64,000 bases of DNA from Candidatus Ryanbacteria bacterium RIFCSPHIGHO2_02_FULL_45_17b (GCA_001819815.1 MHNO01000009.1:147016-211015); one strand, 5' to 3'; numbered from the stretch's first letter, positions 1 through 9,544 are shown. The notes: generated by a model not told the origin, from the sequence alone. A program made the numbers and translations.

Positions 1-615
1 CATATGCGGCGCGCTTTGCGCGGCATCAAGCACGAAGAACGCGCCCACACCACGCGCTATGGAAGATATCTCGCGCACATCATTCACCGAACCCGTGGCA
101 TGCGACACATGGGTAACCGCGATTATTTTTGTACGCGGCCCTGCCATGGCGCGTATGGTGCCCGCAGAAAGCGTCCCATCTTTTTCAAGCGGAAGCACCG
201 TAAAAACAGCACCTGTTCTTTTTGCAAGTTCCTGCCATGGAATAAAATTACTATGATGTTCCATGGCTGATACCATAATTTCATCCCCCGCGGATATACG
301 CACCTCCAGCATACGCGCAAGCATGTTTAAGGAAGCAGTCGTGCCACTGGTAAAGATAACTTCATTGCTATGTGCGCCAAGAAACATGGCAACCTTACGG
401 CGAGCTCCTTCATATGCTTCCACAGCCCGTACCCCGATAGAATATATTCCGCTGTGCACATTTGCCTTGTACGTGCTATAAAATTCTAACATGCTGTCAA
501 TCACCACTTGCGGCATTTGGCTTGTTGCCGCGCTGTCTAAAAATGTAAAAGGCGCGCCGTCACGCGATTGTGCTTTAAAGATAGGGAAATCTTTTTTTAT
601 TTCTGTTTCATTCAT
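1..615 (-). CDS. sufS: Cysteine desulfurase SufS (partial, continues beyond left edge)
   Basis: Reverse-complement of 541-615 translates MNETEIKKDFPIFKAQSRDGAPFTF followed by LDSAATSQ, the classic SufS/class V aminotransferase N-terminus. ATG at 613-615; sits directly downstream of sufD. Confidence 0.75.
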   Translation of the reverse strand, partial: MNETEIKKDFPIFKAQSRDGAPFTFLDSAATSQMPQVVIDSMLEFYSTYKANVHSGIYSIGVRAVEAYEGARRKVAMFLGAHSNEVIFTSGTTASLNMLARMLEVRISAGDEIMVSAMEHHSNFIPWQELAKRTGAVFTVLPLEKDGTLSAGTIRAMAGPRTKIIAVTHVSHATGSVNDVREISSIARGVGAFFVLDAAQSAPHM

Positions 616-1178
616 GCTAAAAATCCTTCTCGTATCATAGCGCGCGCGTTTTCTTCTGAAATTCCACGGCTTTTTATGTAAAATATGTCCGCAGGTTGAA
701 CGCGGCGCACAGACGCGCTGTGTTTACATAGCGCGTTGTCCGTATATATCTCAAGAAACGGCGCGGCATCTATAAGGGTTTCTTTGCCGGTAAGCATTGC
801 GTCATGCTGTAAAAATGCCCGCGCGTTTTTCGCGCTCTTTTCTACTAGTACGCGTCCCCGCCACATGACGCGCGCCGCGTCATGCGCGATACCGCGGACG
901 TCTACATGTGATACGGTATGCGGCGCGGCATGTATTATTACGCGTTCCATATCGAGAACCGCGTTTTTAAAACCTTGATAGCGGCTTGTATCAACAACAG
1001 ACGATCCTTCTCCCTCCAAGCGCACGGTTACGCGCGTGGTTTTAGATACCGGTGTTTCAAACCTCTCTGTAATTATAAGCGACGCGTGTGCAGAAACATG
1101 TACCACAATAGCGCCATCCCATGATTGCAGTGTTTTTGTGCTGTTTTCGGGAACAAAAATTTCCTGTGTTTTTGTCAT
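612..1178 (-). CDS. sufD: Fe-S cluster assembly protein SufD (short, C-terminal beta-helix domain only)
   Basis: 188 aa with SufB/SufD-family C-terminal similarity. 4-bp overlap with sufB stop, and sufS follows. Confidence 0.6.
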   Translation of the reverse strand: MTKTQEIFVPENSTKTLQSWDGAIVVHVSAHASLIITERFETPVSKTTRVTVRLEGEGSSVVDTSRYQGFKNAVLDMERVIIHAAPHTVSHVDVRGIAHDAARVMWRGRVLVEKSAKNARAFLQHDAMLTGKETLIDAAPFLEIYTDNALCKHSASVRRVQPADIFYIKSRGISEENARAMIREGFLA

Positions 1179-2653
1179 GCCACCGCGCCTTCCATTTGAA
1201 GGTCTATTAACCGATTAAATTCAACGGCATATTCAAGCGGAAGTTTTTTAGAAACTTCTTCTACAAATCCTCCTACAATCATTTGTATCGCGCGTTCTTC
1301 TGAAAGCCCGCGACTCATCGCGTAAAATAATTCATCATCTCCGATGCGTCCCGTACGCGCTTCGTGCGACACTTCTGAATTTGTATTTTCTGTTTTTATA
1401 AAAGGATACGTGTGCGACTGTGACGCGCCGTCCAAAATAAGCGCGTCACAGGTAACATGCGAAATTGTCTCATCTGCCCGTTTTCCCACACGCACAAGCC
1501 CGCGATAAGAAGCAACACCGCCTCCCCGTGAAATACTTTTTGCGCGTATGATAGATCGTGTTCGCGGCGCAACATGAATTACTTTAGCGCCGGTATCCTG
1601 ATGTTGCCCGGGACCTGCAACCGCAATACCCAAACTTTCGGAACGCGCTCCTTCACCTACCAATATACTACAAGGATACAGCATGGTAGTACCAGAACCC
1701 ATGTTGCCATTTATCCATTCAATGGTTCCGTTTTTCTCCACAAGCGCGCGTTTTGTATTAAGATTATACGTATTCAAGCTCCAATTTTCTATGCTGGAAT
1801 ACCGAATGGTTGCCCCTTCGCCAACGAACAATTCCACGCATCCTGCATGCAAGGCGCTTGTCATGTAGCGAGGCGCAGAACATCCTTCAATATATGAAAC
1901 TTCTGATCCCTTATCCGCAATAATGAGTGTGTGTTCAAACTGTCCGCCACGTTCGGCATTCATGCGAAAATACGCTTGTAGAGGAAACAAAACTTTGATG
2001 CCTGGGGGCACATAAATAAACGTACCGCCCGACCACACCGCCGCGTGCAACATGGCAAACTTGTGATCATTTATAGGCACGCAACTTGTCATAAAATGCT
2101 TCCGTATAAGATCGGGGTAATTTTGAACCGCGGTATCCATATTTTCAAACACAACTCCCTGCCGTGCCCATTCATCTTTTATATTGTGATATACCACGTC
2201 TGAATCATATTGCGCCCCCACTCCGCCCAAAGATGTGCGTTCTGCTTCGGGTATGCCCAAACGATCAAACGTGCGCTTTATATCTTCCGGCACGTCTTCC
2301 CACGATTTTGATTCACCGGCATCAGGCCGCACAAAATAGGTAATTTTGTTTAAATCAAGCCCCGACAAATCCGGTCCCCATTGGGGAAGCGGTGTCTCCA
2401 AAAATAAGGCGAACGCCCGAAGGCGCTTTTCTAGCATCCATACAGGCTCATTCTTCTGCCGCGAGATCTCGCGTATCAAATCTTCACTCACGCCAAAACC
2501 AGCCCGGTATCGTTCATGCGCCGTGTCTGCTTTATCGTATACGGATGTATCATCAGGAATCATAATGCTTCTTGCTATATCATATAGATAAGCGTCTATA
2601 TGATAGCTAACGTAGCGTAGCAGGTCAAGAGCATTGACAGTAAAAAACGCCAT
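1175..2653 (-). CDS. sufB: Fe-S cluster assembly protein SufB
   Basis: Conserved SufB blocks (ERYRAGFGVSEDLIREISRQKNEPVWMLEKRLRAF; GGQFEHTLIIADKGSEVSYIEGCSAP). The track ORF starts with GTG at 2764, but its first ~37 codons overlap a hairpin, so the internal ATG at 2653 (or 2563) is preferred; start uncertain. Confidence 0.8.
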   Translation of the reverse strand: MAFFTVNALDLLRYVSYHIDAYLYDIARSIMIPDDTSVYDKADTAHERYRAGFGVSEDLIREISRQKNEPVWMLEKRLRAFALFLETPLPQWGPDLSGLDLNKITYFVRPDAGESKSWEDVPEDIKRTFDRLGIPEAERTSLGGVGAQYDSDVVYHNIKDEWARQGVVFENMDTAVQNYPDLIRKHFMTSCVPINDHKFAMLHAAVWSGGTFIYVPPGIKVLFPLQAYFRMNAERGGQFEHTLIIADKGSEVSYIEGCSAPRYMTSALHAGCVELFVGEGATIRYSSIENWSLNTYNLNTKRALVEKNGTIEWINGNMGSGTTMLYPCSILVGEGARSESLGIAVAGPGQHQDTGAKVIHVAPRTRSIIRAKSISRGGGVASYRGLVRVGKRADETISHVTCDALILDGASQSHTYPFIKTENTNSEVSHEARTGRIGDDELFYAMSRGLSEERAIQMIVGGFVEEVSKKLPLEYAVEFNRLIDLQMEGAVA

Positions 2654-2811
2654 GCTAGGATATACATGAAAACCACATTTTTTTCCTTGTTTTAGGTGTG
2701 GTTGCCGGGGAGCGAAGATTAACCCCTCCTCGCTCCCCTTTCTCCCTTTTGCCCAAGGTCTCACAGGAGGCCTTTTTTCTTTGGAAACGTACGGTGTTTA
2801 TATTCAGATAC

Positions 2812-2994
2812 CATGAATTACGAAACACACCCTCATCTGATGACCGCCACATGAATTGATAATGAGTTGAACAAGATGTGTAACGTCTTGCGATGACCCA
2901 ATTTGGTCATCGCAAGACGTTATATTGTGCTTGCGTATGCAAATCGATGGGAGGTCATCAGATGAGAGGAATACATGTGTTTCGTAATTTAAAG
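2812..2994 (+). mobile_element. MITE copy 1 (183 bp), imperfect TIRs and internal 15-bp perfect hairpin; flanked by 8-bp TSD tcagatac (2804-2811 and 2995-3002)
   Basis: Same element recurs at 27911-28052 and 56481-56642. Termini catgaattacgaaacac...gtgtttcgtaatttaaag; internal cgtcttgcgatgacc-caatttg-ggtcatcgcaagacg. The direct repeat flanking the copy was read directly. Confidence 0.7.
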
Positions 2995-3714
2995 TCAGAT
3001 ACTAACGAAGTACATACGCACGTCGCTCATTTCATGAAAAATACGGGCGGGAGTTTCAGCAAGCGAGCCTTCCACCAAAAGAACTTTTTCAAGCGCAGAT
3101 TTCTTTTCTTCTCCAACCGCATACACCACGGCGTGATCCACTTGTGTGCGCAAAAAAGGCATCGTAACGGTAACACGGAACGGATATGGATTTTTAGTAC
3201 CCGCGTCATATGCCGCCACCCATTTTGTTTTATCTTCAAATAATTTCTGAAACAAAACAGGGTTTTCCGGAAACGGCATGATACCTGCCGTATGGCCATC
3301 CGCCCCCACGCCCATGGTTGCAATTATAACGCCATCCACATGCGCCTCCGCCCACTCATGAAGCGCTTTTTCAAAACGATCCGCCAATAAAGCCTGTGTT
3401 TCAGCTGCACCCGCGCGCGTATCTATAAACGAAACGCCAACCGCGTACGCATTCGCGTAAAATTTGGTTCCCGTAAGCTGAAAAGAATTATTATCTGCTT
3501 CATCCTGACTAAAACGCTCATCAAGCACGCCAATAGTCACCTGTTCCCCCAGCGCGTCTTTCGGTATTGCATCCAGCAATGAAAAAGCCGACCCGCCGGA
3601 AAGAAGCAAAAGTACGGATTGTGTATGCTCTTTTGCATCCATCAAAAGAGCGCGCAGTAACTCTCCCGCGCGCGCTTGCGTTTCCTGTGTGCTTTTGCAT
3701 TGAGTTATTTTCAT
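2995..3714 (-). CDS. pgl: 6-phosphogluconolactonase / glucosamine-6-phosphate isomerase family protein
   Basis: GVGADGHTAG motif and NagB/Pgl-fold similarity. The track start at 3735 is TTG; the ATG at 3714 (MKITQCKS...) with an upstream AAGAGAAA is preferred. The stop codon lies inside the TSD of MITE copy 1. Confidence 0.55.
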   Translation of the reverse strand: MKITQCKSTQETQARAGELLRALLMDAKEHTQSVLLLLSGGSAFSLLDAIPKDALGEQVTIGVLDERFSQDEADNNSFQLTGTKFYANAYAVGVSFIDTRAGAAETQALLADRFEKALHEWAEAHVDGVIIATMGVGADGHTAGIMPFPENPVLFQKLFEDKTKWVAAYDAGTKNPYPFRVTVTMPFLRTQVDHAVVYAVGEEKKSALEKVLLVEGSLAETPARIFHEMSDVRMYFVSI

Positions 3715-3730
3715 TTTCTCTTTGACCAAG

Positions 3731-3860
3731 GGCAACCTAACTCTTTTTACGGATTATGAAGCCCTTTTGGCCTGGTGTCCCGCTTTAGCGGGATCAAAAA
3801 GGCTTCATCCTCGGAGCCCGCGCCGGCGGGCGAGAATGAGTAAAAAGAGTTAGGTTGCCC
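3731..3860 (-). terminator. Structured, locally GC-rich intergenic element: 21-bp perfect inverted repeat (3731-3751 / 3840-3860) enclosing ~88 nt with three sub-hairpins
   Basis: gggcaacctaactctttttac ... gtaaaaagagttaggttgccc. The right arm overlaps the last codons and stop of the trx-like gene. Inner stems gaagcc/ggcttc, cccgc/gcggg, gcccgc/gcgggc. No U-tract. Confidence 0.4.
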
Positions 3861-4101
3861 ACTTCTTTAATTCTTCATACGACGTACTCCCACAAATAAA
3901 CGCTTTCGTATCCGTATTGAAGAAAAAGGGCACGCCACCGCAAAGCCCCGTGTCGTATTGATTCATCTTTTCCGCATTCTCCTCATTGTGCCACATCTCA
4001 TATTTTTCCACCACCACGCCTTTCTCTTTTTCCAGCCGCTCCACCAACGGCTTCATACGTATACAATGAGGACATTCAGTTCCATAGAATTCAATTAACA
4101 T
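3850..4101 (-). CDS. Thioredoxin/glutaredoxin-like small redox protein (CPHC active site)
   Basis: 83 aa with a CxxC motif (FYGTECPHCIRMKP). Confidence 0.65.
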   Translation of the reverse strand: MLIEFYGTECPHCIRMKPLVERLEKEKGVVVEKYEMWHNEENAEKMNQYDTGLCGGVPFFFNTDTKAFICGSTSYEELKKWAT

Positions 4102-4110
4102 AAAGCAAAC

Positions 4111-4872
4111 TTATTCTAAGAATAAGAGTCCATACATTGCTCCCACACCAATAAGTATTGCTACAAACTCAAGCACGGTACTTGACCCACGTTGTTTGTG
4201 CAGTTCAGGAACCAAATCCGCGGTTGCGATATAAATAAACGTGCCTGCGGCAAACGGAATCAAAAAACCAATTGCGCGCTCCGACGAAGAACCCATAACC
4301 ATTATTACAAGCACCCCCGCAATCGCGGTGAGTGCAGAAATGAAATTATAGAAAATGGCCTTACCTTTTGAATATCCCGCGTGTAGTAACACGCCAAAAT
4401 CGCCAATCTCCTGTGGTATTTCATGCAAAACAACTGCGATAGTAGTTGCGATACCAACCTCAACGCTTATAAGATAACTCGCTCCGATAATAAGCCCATC
4501 AAGAAAATTATGCAGGCCATCGGAAAATAATATCAGTTTCCCAAGAGGTTTTATGGCGTCTTCTCGCTCAATTTCAACGACATCTCCATGATGGCCATGG
4601 TGCCATTGAAGAAGTTTTTCCAGCCAAAAAAAAGTTAACAGTCCTGCAAGCGTGAGAAGTGAAGTGACTGCGGTATCGTTCGTATGCTCAAATGCCTCCG
4701 GAAGTAAATGGAAAAAAGCATCGCCCAACAAAGCGCCAACCGCAAGCGCTACAAACACAAACAATATTTTCCGCAAACGTTTTGTCTGTAAAGACAGCGT
4801 AGACACGCCTATCAACGAAATACCGCTTACAATGAGTACGCTTGTAAACGCATAAAGATATGGGATTGCCAT
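4111..4872 (-). CDS. zupT: ZIP family zinc/iron transporter (ZupT-like)
   Basis: Multi-TM protein with an HHGHHG histidine loop and HEIPQEIGDFGVLL, a ZIP signature. Confidence 0.7.
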   Translation of the reverse strand: MAIPYLYAFTSVLIVSGISLIGVSTLSLQTKRLRKILFVFVALAVGALLGDAFFHLLPEAFEHTNDTAVTSLLTLAGLLTFFWLEKLLQWHHGHHGDVVEIEREDAIKPLGKLILFSDGLHNFLDGLIIGASYLISVEVGIATTIAVVLHEIPQEIGDFGVLLHAGYSKGKAIFYNFISALTAIAGVLVIMVMGSSSERAIGFLIPFAAGTFIYIATADLVPELHKQRGSSTVLEFVAILIGVGAMYGLLFLE

Positions 4873-4896
4873 ATGCGATAGTATACCACGTAATAA

Positions 4897-6657
4897 CTAT
4901 TGAATAAACCCGCCTGCTTGTATTTCCCACAGTTTTTTATAAACACCGCCTTGCCCAAGTAATTCTTCATGCGTACCCGTGGCGATTATATCCCCTTCTT
5001 CCATGACAATAATGCGATCCATTTTCATAATGGTGCTCAAGCGGTGCGCGATGACGATGACGGTCTTCTTTTTCATGAGTACGGATAACGCGTCTTGAAT
5101 AAGCATTTCAGATTCGGAGTCTAAACTGCTTGTTGCCTCATCAAGCACTAACATGGGGGCGTTTTTTAACAGCGCGCGCGCAATGGCAACACGCTGGCGT
5201 TCCCCGCCGGATAATTTTATACCCCGCTCGCCCACATAGGTTTCATACTCTTCCGGCAATCGAGAAATAAATTCATGGCAATGCGCCTTCTTGGCGGCCT
5301 CCACTACTTCTTCGTCCGAGGCGTCAAGCCTGCCATAGCGGATATTTTCCATAAGCGTGCGGTGAAATAAAATAGGTTCTTGGGGCACCAATGAAATTGC
5401 GTTCCGCATACTTTCCTGCGTTACGCGCGAAATGTTTTGGCCATCAATGAGTATTTCCCCGGCCATTATATCGTAAAAGCGAAAGAGTAATTTCGTGACA
5501 GTTGTTTTACCAGCACCCGATGCGCCCACCAAAGCAATTTTCTCGCCGCCTTTTATATGAAGATTAAAATCTTTAAGAATACTTCGTGTTTCATTAAAAT
5601 TAAATGAAACGTTGTTAAAATGAATTTCACCTTTTGTCACGGAAAGTTTTTTAGCACGCGCGTGATCTTGCACTTCATGCGGGAGGTTTAAAATTTCAAC
5701 CATTTCATGCGCGTCCGCAATTGCCTCATACGATTTACGCACCGTCTGCCCCAAATGCCATACCCGTTCAAACGCGCGTATAATATAGGCCTGAATAAGC
5801 GCAAAATCACCTATTGTTACAATCCCCCTCTGCCACAACAAAACAGCAACATATAAAAGACTAATCTCCACCACAATAAAAAGAGCGCCCTGTGCCGTAT
5901 TTATCCATTCATCTATGGTCCATGTTTTAAAACGTAAAAGCCGTAACTCTTCGGTAATACCATACACCATGGAATATTCTTTTGCTTCACCCGCAAACGA
6001 TTTAACGGTTGTTATGTTTGAGATAGAGTCTGACAAAATACCCGTCGTTTCAGAATCTTTGGCGGCGAGCATAATATTATATTTCTGCTTCCAAATAGTG
6101 ACCGCATATTGCGCTGAGATAAATATGATAAGCCAAACAGTAAATACGACACCCAACAACCAGTGCCGCATAAAAAGCACCGTTATAATGATGGGAAACG
6201 TAACAAGGAATGGAAGATACACATAATGAAATTGATCAGTAAGAATCTCAAAAGAACGATCCAGCCGGTTTATACGGCGCACCAAAGAACCGGCAAAATT
6301 ATTCGCGAAAAATTTATAAGAATGATGTTCCACATACGCAAATGATGTCCGCATGAGATCAGCCTTAATATGTGGCTGTACATATACGTTGGCAAATTGG
6401 TTAACACGGTGAAAGAGCCACGTAATCCCATACAAGCCCGCGATCATCGTGATCAAAAAGAAAAGCTCTTGCATAACATCATCATTTGACCCAGAAGCGT
6501 TTGCAAGTACGTCGAAAAATTTTTTGTAATAGAGCGGTACGATTGTTTCTACTATATGCACGCCTGCGTGAAAAAATACCACAAGAAAAACCGCGAGCTT
6601 ATAACGCCGCGCGTGCTGCCAAAATACGCGCAAAATCGGACGGATGGAATTGTCCAT
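4897..6657 (-). CDS. ABC transporter, fused permease/ATP-binding (MsbA/exporter type)
   Basis: Walker A GASGAGKTT, ABC signature LSGGERQRVAIARAL, Walker B LVLDEATSSLD, six N-terminal TM helices. Start chosen at the internal ATG (MDNSIRPIL). Confidence 0.8.
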   Translation of the reverse strand: MDNSIRPILRVFWQHARRYKLAVFLVVFFHAGVHIVETIVPLYYKKFFDVLANASGSNDDVMQELFFLITMIAGLYGITWLFHRVNQFANVYVQPHIKADLMRTSFAYVEHHSYKFFANNFAGSLVRRINRLDRSFEILTDQFHYVYLPFLVTFPIIITVLFMRHWLLGVVFTVWLIIFISAQYAVTIWKQKYNIMLAAKDSETTGILSDSISNITTVKSFAGEAKEYSMVYGITEELRLLRFKTWTIDEWINTAQGALFIVVEISLLYVAVLLWQRGIVTIGDFALIQAYIIRAFERVWHLGQTVRKSYEAIADAHEMVEILNLPHEVQDHARAKKLSVTKGEIHFNNVSFNFNETRSILKDFNLHIKGGEKIALVGASGAGKTTVTKLLFRFYDIMAGEILIDGQNISRVTQESMRNAISLVPQEPILFHRTLMENIRYGRLDASDEEVVEAAKKAHCHEFISRLPEEYETYVGERGIKLSGGERQRVAIARALLKNAPMLVLDEATSSLDSESEMLIQDALSVLMKKKTVIVIAHRLSTIMKMDRIIVMEEGDIIATGTHEELLGQGGVYKKLWEIQAGGFIQ

Positions 6658-6747
6658 AGAAATAAGTATAAATGACGAAGTACTCTGCCACAACGTATCT
6701 AACAAAAACGCCCCCAGCACAAGCCAGAGACGTTTTGTTTTTATGTG

Positions 6748-6948
6748 TTAGGCACGGCTTACGTTTGTCGCTTGTGGACCCTTCATTCCCTGCCCCTCTT
6801 CAAACGTTACCTTGTCACCTTCCCGAAGGTCGTTGAAAGCTACGTTTTGAAGTTCGCTAGAATGAAAGAAGAGATCCTTGGACTGGCCTTCTCGGCGAAT
6901 AAAGCCGTAGCCTTTGTCCATAAGCCGCGCAATTGTTCCTTCTTGCAT
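6748..6948 (-). CDS. Cold-shock protein (CspA family)
   Basis: 66 aa; GTIARLMDKGYGFI...KDLFFH RNP motifs. Confidence 0.85.
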   Translation of the reverse strand: MQEGTIARLMDKGYGFIRREGQSKDLFFHSSELQNVAFNDLREGDKVTFEEGQGMKGPQATNVSRA

Positions 6949-7112
6949 TTCTTAAAGAAAACTAAATCGAGTAATGTCAAACGTGTTACTGAAGGTAAAA
7001 CTCGACCTCGTTTTCTTGCAGTAGCGTATTTGATAATAAAGAGCATAGCATGTACAAAATTTTGGGTCAACATAGTAAAAAGTATAACTCATAACAAGGA
7101 TCCTAACCACGG

Positions 7113-8216
7113 TTACAACATATCAGGAATTTTTATACGAAAAATTGTTCCTCGACTGTTTTCTGCCGGGCTTTCAAATGACACACTCCATCCTAAATTG
7201 TCCGCAATCATTTTGACGATAAATAATCCCAGCCCTGTGCCCTTTCCTTTGGTTTTCATCGCATTGGAGGCGCGAAAAAACTTCGAAAAAATGCGTTCCT
7301 TATCTTCGGCGGGTATGCCGACCCCATTGTCCCTACAAGAAAAAAGAATAGCATTATCCTCCCTTCCAAGAGATACATCCACTTTCCCCATTTGTGCGTC
7401 AGAATATTCCGCCGCATTAGAAATGATGTTTGTGAACACTTGAGAAACCAGCGAGACATATGACGAGTAGAGAAACAAACCATCTCCTTTGGAAAAAGAA
7501 AAAACCACTTGCGGATGTTTCGCTCTCACGCGCTCCAAAACTGCCTCAATTTCTTTCGCCAAATCAATCTCTCCCTTCTGCATATCAGAAAGAGTGCCGA
7601 CACGCGCATACATAAGCAGATCACCCACAAGATTCACAAGCGATTCATTTTGCTCATAAAGCGCATGGATCATTTCTTTTTGATCTCCCGTAAGATTTCC
7701 TTCTTTGGAAAGCCATTCAAGCGCCCATTTATATGATGTAAGAGGATTTTTTAACTGATGCCCGAGCATGGAGCTAAACTCCTCCCGAAATTTTTCTTTT
7801 TCCTTCTTTTTAGTGATATTAGGTTCTACTCCGATAAAAAACTTAATATCTCCATTTTCCCAGAGAACCGGGGATATATGCAGTTCCTGCCAATATTCCG
7901 TGCCGTCTTTTTTTTTATTGCGTGCTTCTCCCACAAACGGCATTTTTTCTTTTTTAATGCGCAACCACATGCGTTCATAAAATTCCTGTGGCATATTGCC
8001 GCCCCACAAATCAGCAGGGTTCTTTCCAAGCGCTTCCTCACGAAAGTACCCCGTGTTCCGTTCCGCCGATTCGTTCATATAAATAATATTTCCATCGGGA
8101 TCAGTAATAATTACATGATCATCCAGTAAATCAAAAGCTGTCCCCAACGAGCGGACCACTTCCATGTAGCTTCGAAGTCGCTCTTCCGACAATTCCGTAC
8201 GCATATGAGTTTCCAT
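7113..8216 (-). CDS. PAS-domain sensor histidine kinase (orphan; no response regulator nearby)
   Basis: PAS region (ITDPDGNIIYMNESAE), H-box HQLKNPLTS, G-box GTGLGL. Confidence 0.75.
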   Translation of the reverse strand: METHMRTELSEERLRSYMEVVRSLGTAFDLLDDHVIITDPDGNIIYMNESAERNTGYFREEALGKNPADLWGGNMPQEFYERMWLRIKKEKMPFVGEARNKKKDGTEYWQELHISPVLWENGDIKFFIGVEPNITKKKEKEKFREEFSSMLGHQLKNPLTSYKWALEWLSKEGNLTGDQKEMIHALYEQNESLVNLVGDLLMYARVGTLSDMQKGEIDLAKEIEAVLERVRAKHPQVVFSFSKGDGLFLYSSYVSLVSQVFTNIISNAAEYSDAQMGKVDVSLGREDNAILFSCRDNGVGIPAEDKERIFSKFFRASNAMKTKGKGTGLGLFIVKMIADNLGWSVSFESPAENSRGTIFRIKIPDML

Positions 8217-8238
8217 ATATGTTTGATACTATGAAATA

Positions 8239-8619
8239 CTACTTCAACCAGTCCCGAAAAGATGCCGGTCGCCCCCGTAAGAGAAATAATGCCAACGGGG
8301 CTCCCCAATTTGCCCATCGCTCCATAAAATCCCAAATCGGCATGCCAACCAACGGCCGTATCAAAGCTGTCCAAAACCCCCAAAACACCATCCACAAAAG
8401 AGCCAATCGTACCGGTCGCAACAAAATAAGAATCGCAAGCGCGATATCTATAAGACCAATAATAAAAAGAAGTTGGCCGGCTAAGACCGCATCCGTTATG
8501 CCGAAGTTGCTAAACCACCCAATCCAATCTTTTTTACCTTGTAAAGCAAATGATCCGTGGCCCAAAAATTCGCCAAAAACGGCAATTCGCAAAACCCATT
8601 CAACGTGTTTTGTGTTCAT
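8239..8619 (-). CDS. DoxX-like small membrane protein
   Basis: Hydrophobic ~125 aa after the internal ATG (MNTKHVEW...); DoxX-like TM pattern. Low-specificity call. Confidence 0.35.
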   Translation of the reverse strand: MNTKHVEWVLRIAVFGEFLGHGSFALQGKKDWIGWFSNFGITDAVLAGQLLFIIGLIDIALAILILLRPVRLALLWMVFWGFWTALIRPLVGMPIWDFMERWANWGAPLALFLLRGRPASFRDWLK

Positions 8620-8750
8620 AACATAAGCTAGTTTATATACCAGTAGTATACACCGCGCCTCCCCTGCCGTTAAGCATACTTTGTGCACATAACGCAATAT
8701 CTGAATTTTACAAAAAAACCGCATGGTAGAACCACACGGCTTACGCAACT

Positions 8751-9110
8751 TTATTCCTCTGTTTTTGGAATTTTCTCAACCACTACACAAGACCAACCCC
8801 ATGTACGCCCTCCCGCAGGCCAGTAGAGTTCCCACTGACCATCAACTTTGAAAGCCCTTCTCCAGCAAGGGCCGCCAAATTGAGCATGTGCTTCTACAAG
8901 GCAGACGTCCGATTTCTCCACCAACCCGTTTTTTACAAATCCAAGTGCCGGATTTAGGCTTTTGGGAATTGGTTCTATAGAATGTAAGTAATAATAACCC
9001 GAAGAAACCAATTGATTCTCCACAAATTCCGTAAGCTTATACTGCTCACCGACAACGAAATCTTTCGGCTCTATGAATGACATAAAAAAACCTCCTGTCC
9101 GGATTTTCAA
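8751..9110 (-). CDS. Hypothetical protein
   Basis: 119-aa ORF, no recognised motif. Confidence 0.4.
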   Translation of the reverse strand: MKIRTGGFFMSFIEPKDFVVGEQYKLTEFVENQLVSSGYYYLHSIEPIPKSLNPALGFVKNGLVEKSDVCLVEAHAQFGGPCWRRAFKVDGQWELYWPAGGRTWGWSCVVVEKIPKTEE

Positions 9111-9162
9111 TCAGCATTACATATATCAAGACAAAAATCAACACGGAAATCCAGGCGTAATT

Positions 9163-9516
9163 TCATACCCGGACCTCAAGAGAAAACAATACCATATCTC
9201 CCGCCTTGATTTTTTCTTTTTTGCGGACTTCCGCTTTTAACGGCAGGAGATACGCGCCCTGCTTTTTGTCCGGAAAAATAGAAGTTCTCCAGCTTGTATC
9301 TCCCATGGTAACAACCACGGGAAGCGAGCCCCACCCACGCTTTAAAAGCCCGAAGCGTTTGGTAATTTCGCCCGATTGTTTTTTGGGAAGCGTAATAAAA
9401 TGCCAAGCCGCGTGTTGCGCCGGATACAACCACACCTTTGCTCGCATGTTGAATTTGTTTTTTATCATAGCTTTAGTATACAAAAAAGTGGTCGCCTTTG
9501 CATGAAAAGCGGCCAA
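9163..9516 (-). CDS. DUF1905-family protein
   Basis: MRAKVWLYP...WHFITLPKK resembles the DUF1905 N-terminus; start ambiguous. Confidence 0.4.
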   Translation of the reverse strand: MAAFHAKATTFLYTKAMIKNKFNMRAKVWLYPAQHAAWHFITLPKKQSGEITKRFGLLKRGWGSLPVVVTMGDTSWRTSIFPDKKQGAYLLPLKAEVRKKEKIKAGDMVLFSLEVRV

Positions 9517-9544
9517 GAGAACGTCCGTATTATTTTATTCTAAA

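Noticed and set aside
2893-3243. 116-aa '+' ORF (also 3027..3323 '-') overlapping MITE copy 1 and the 3' end of pgl
   Set aside because: It runs through a repeated non-coding element and antisense to a well-supported gene. Equivalent positions in MITE copies 2 and 3 do not keep an ORF.
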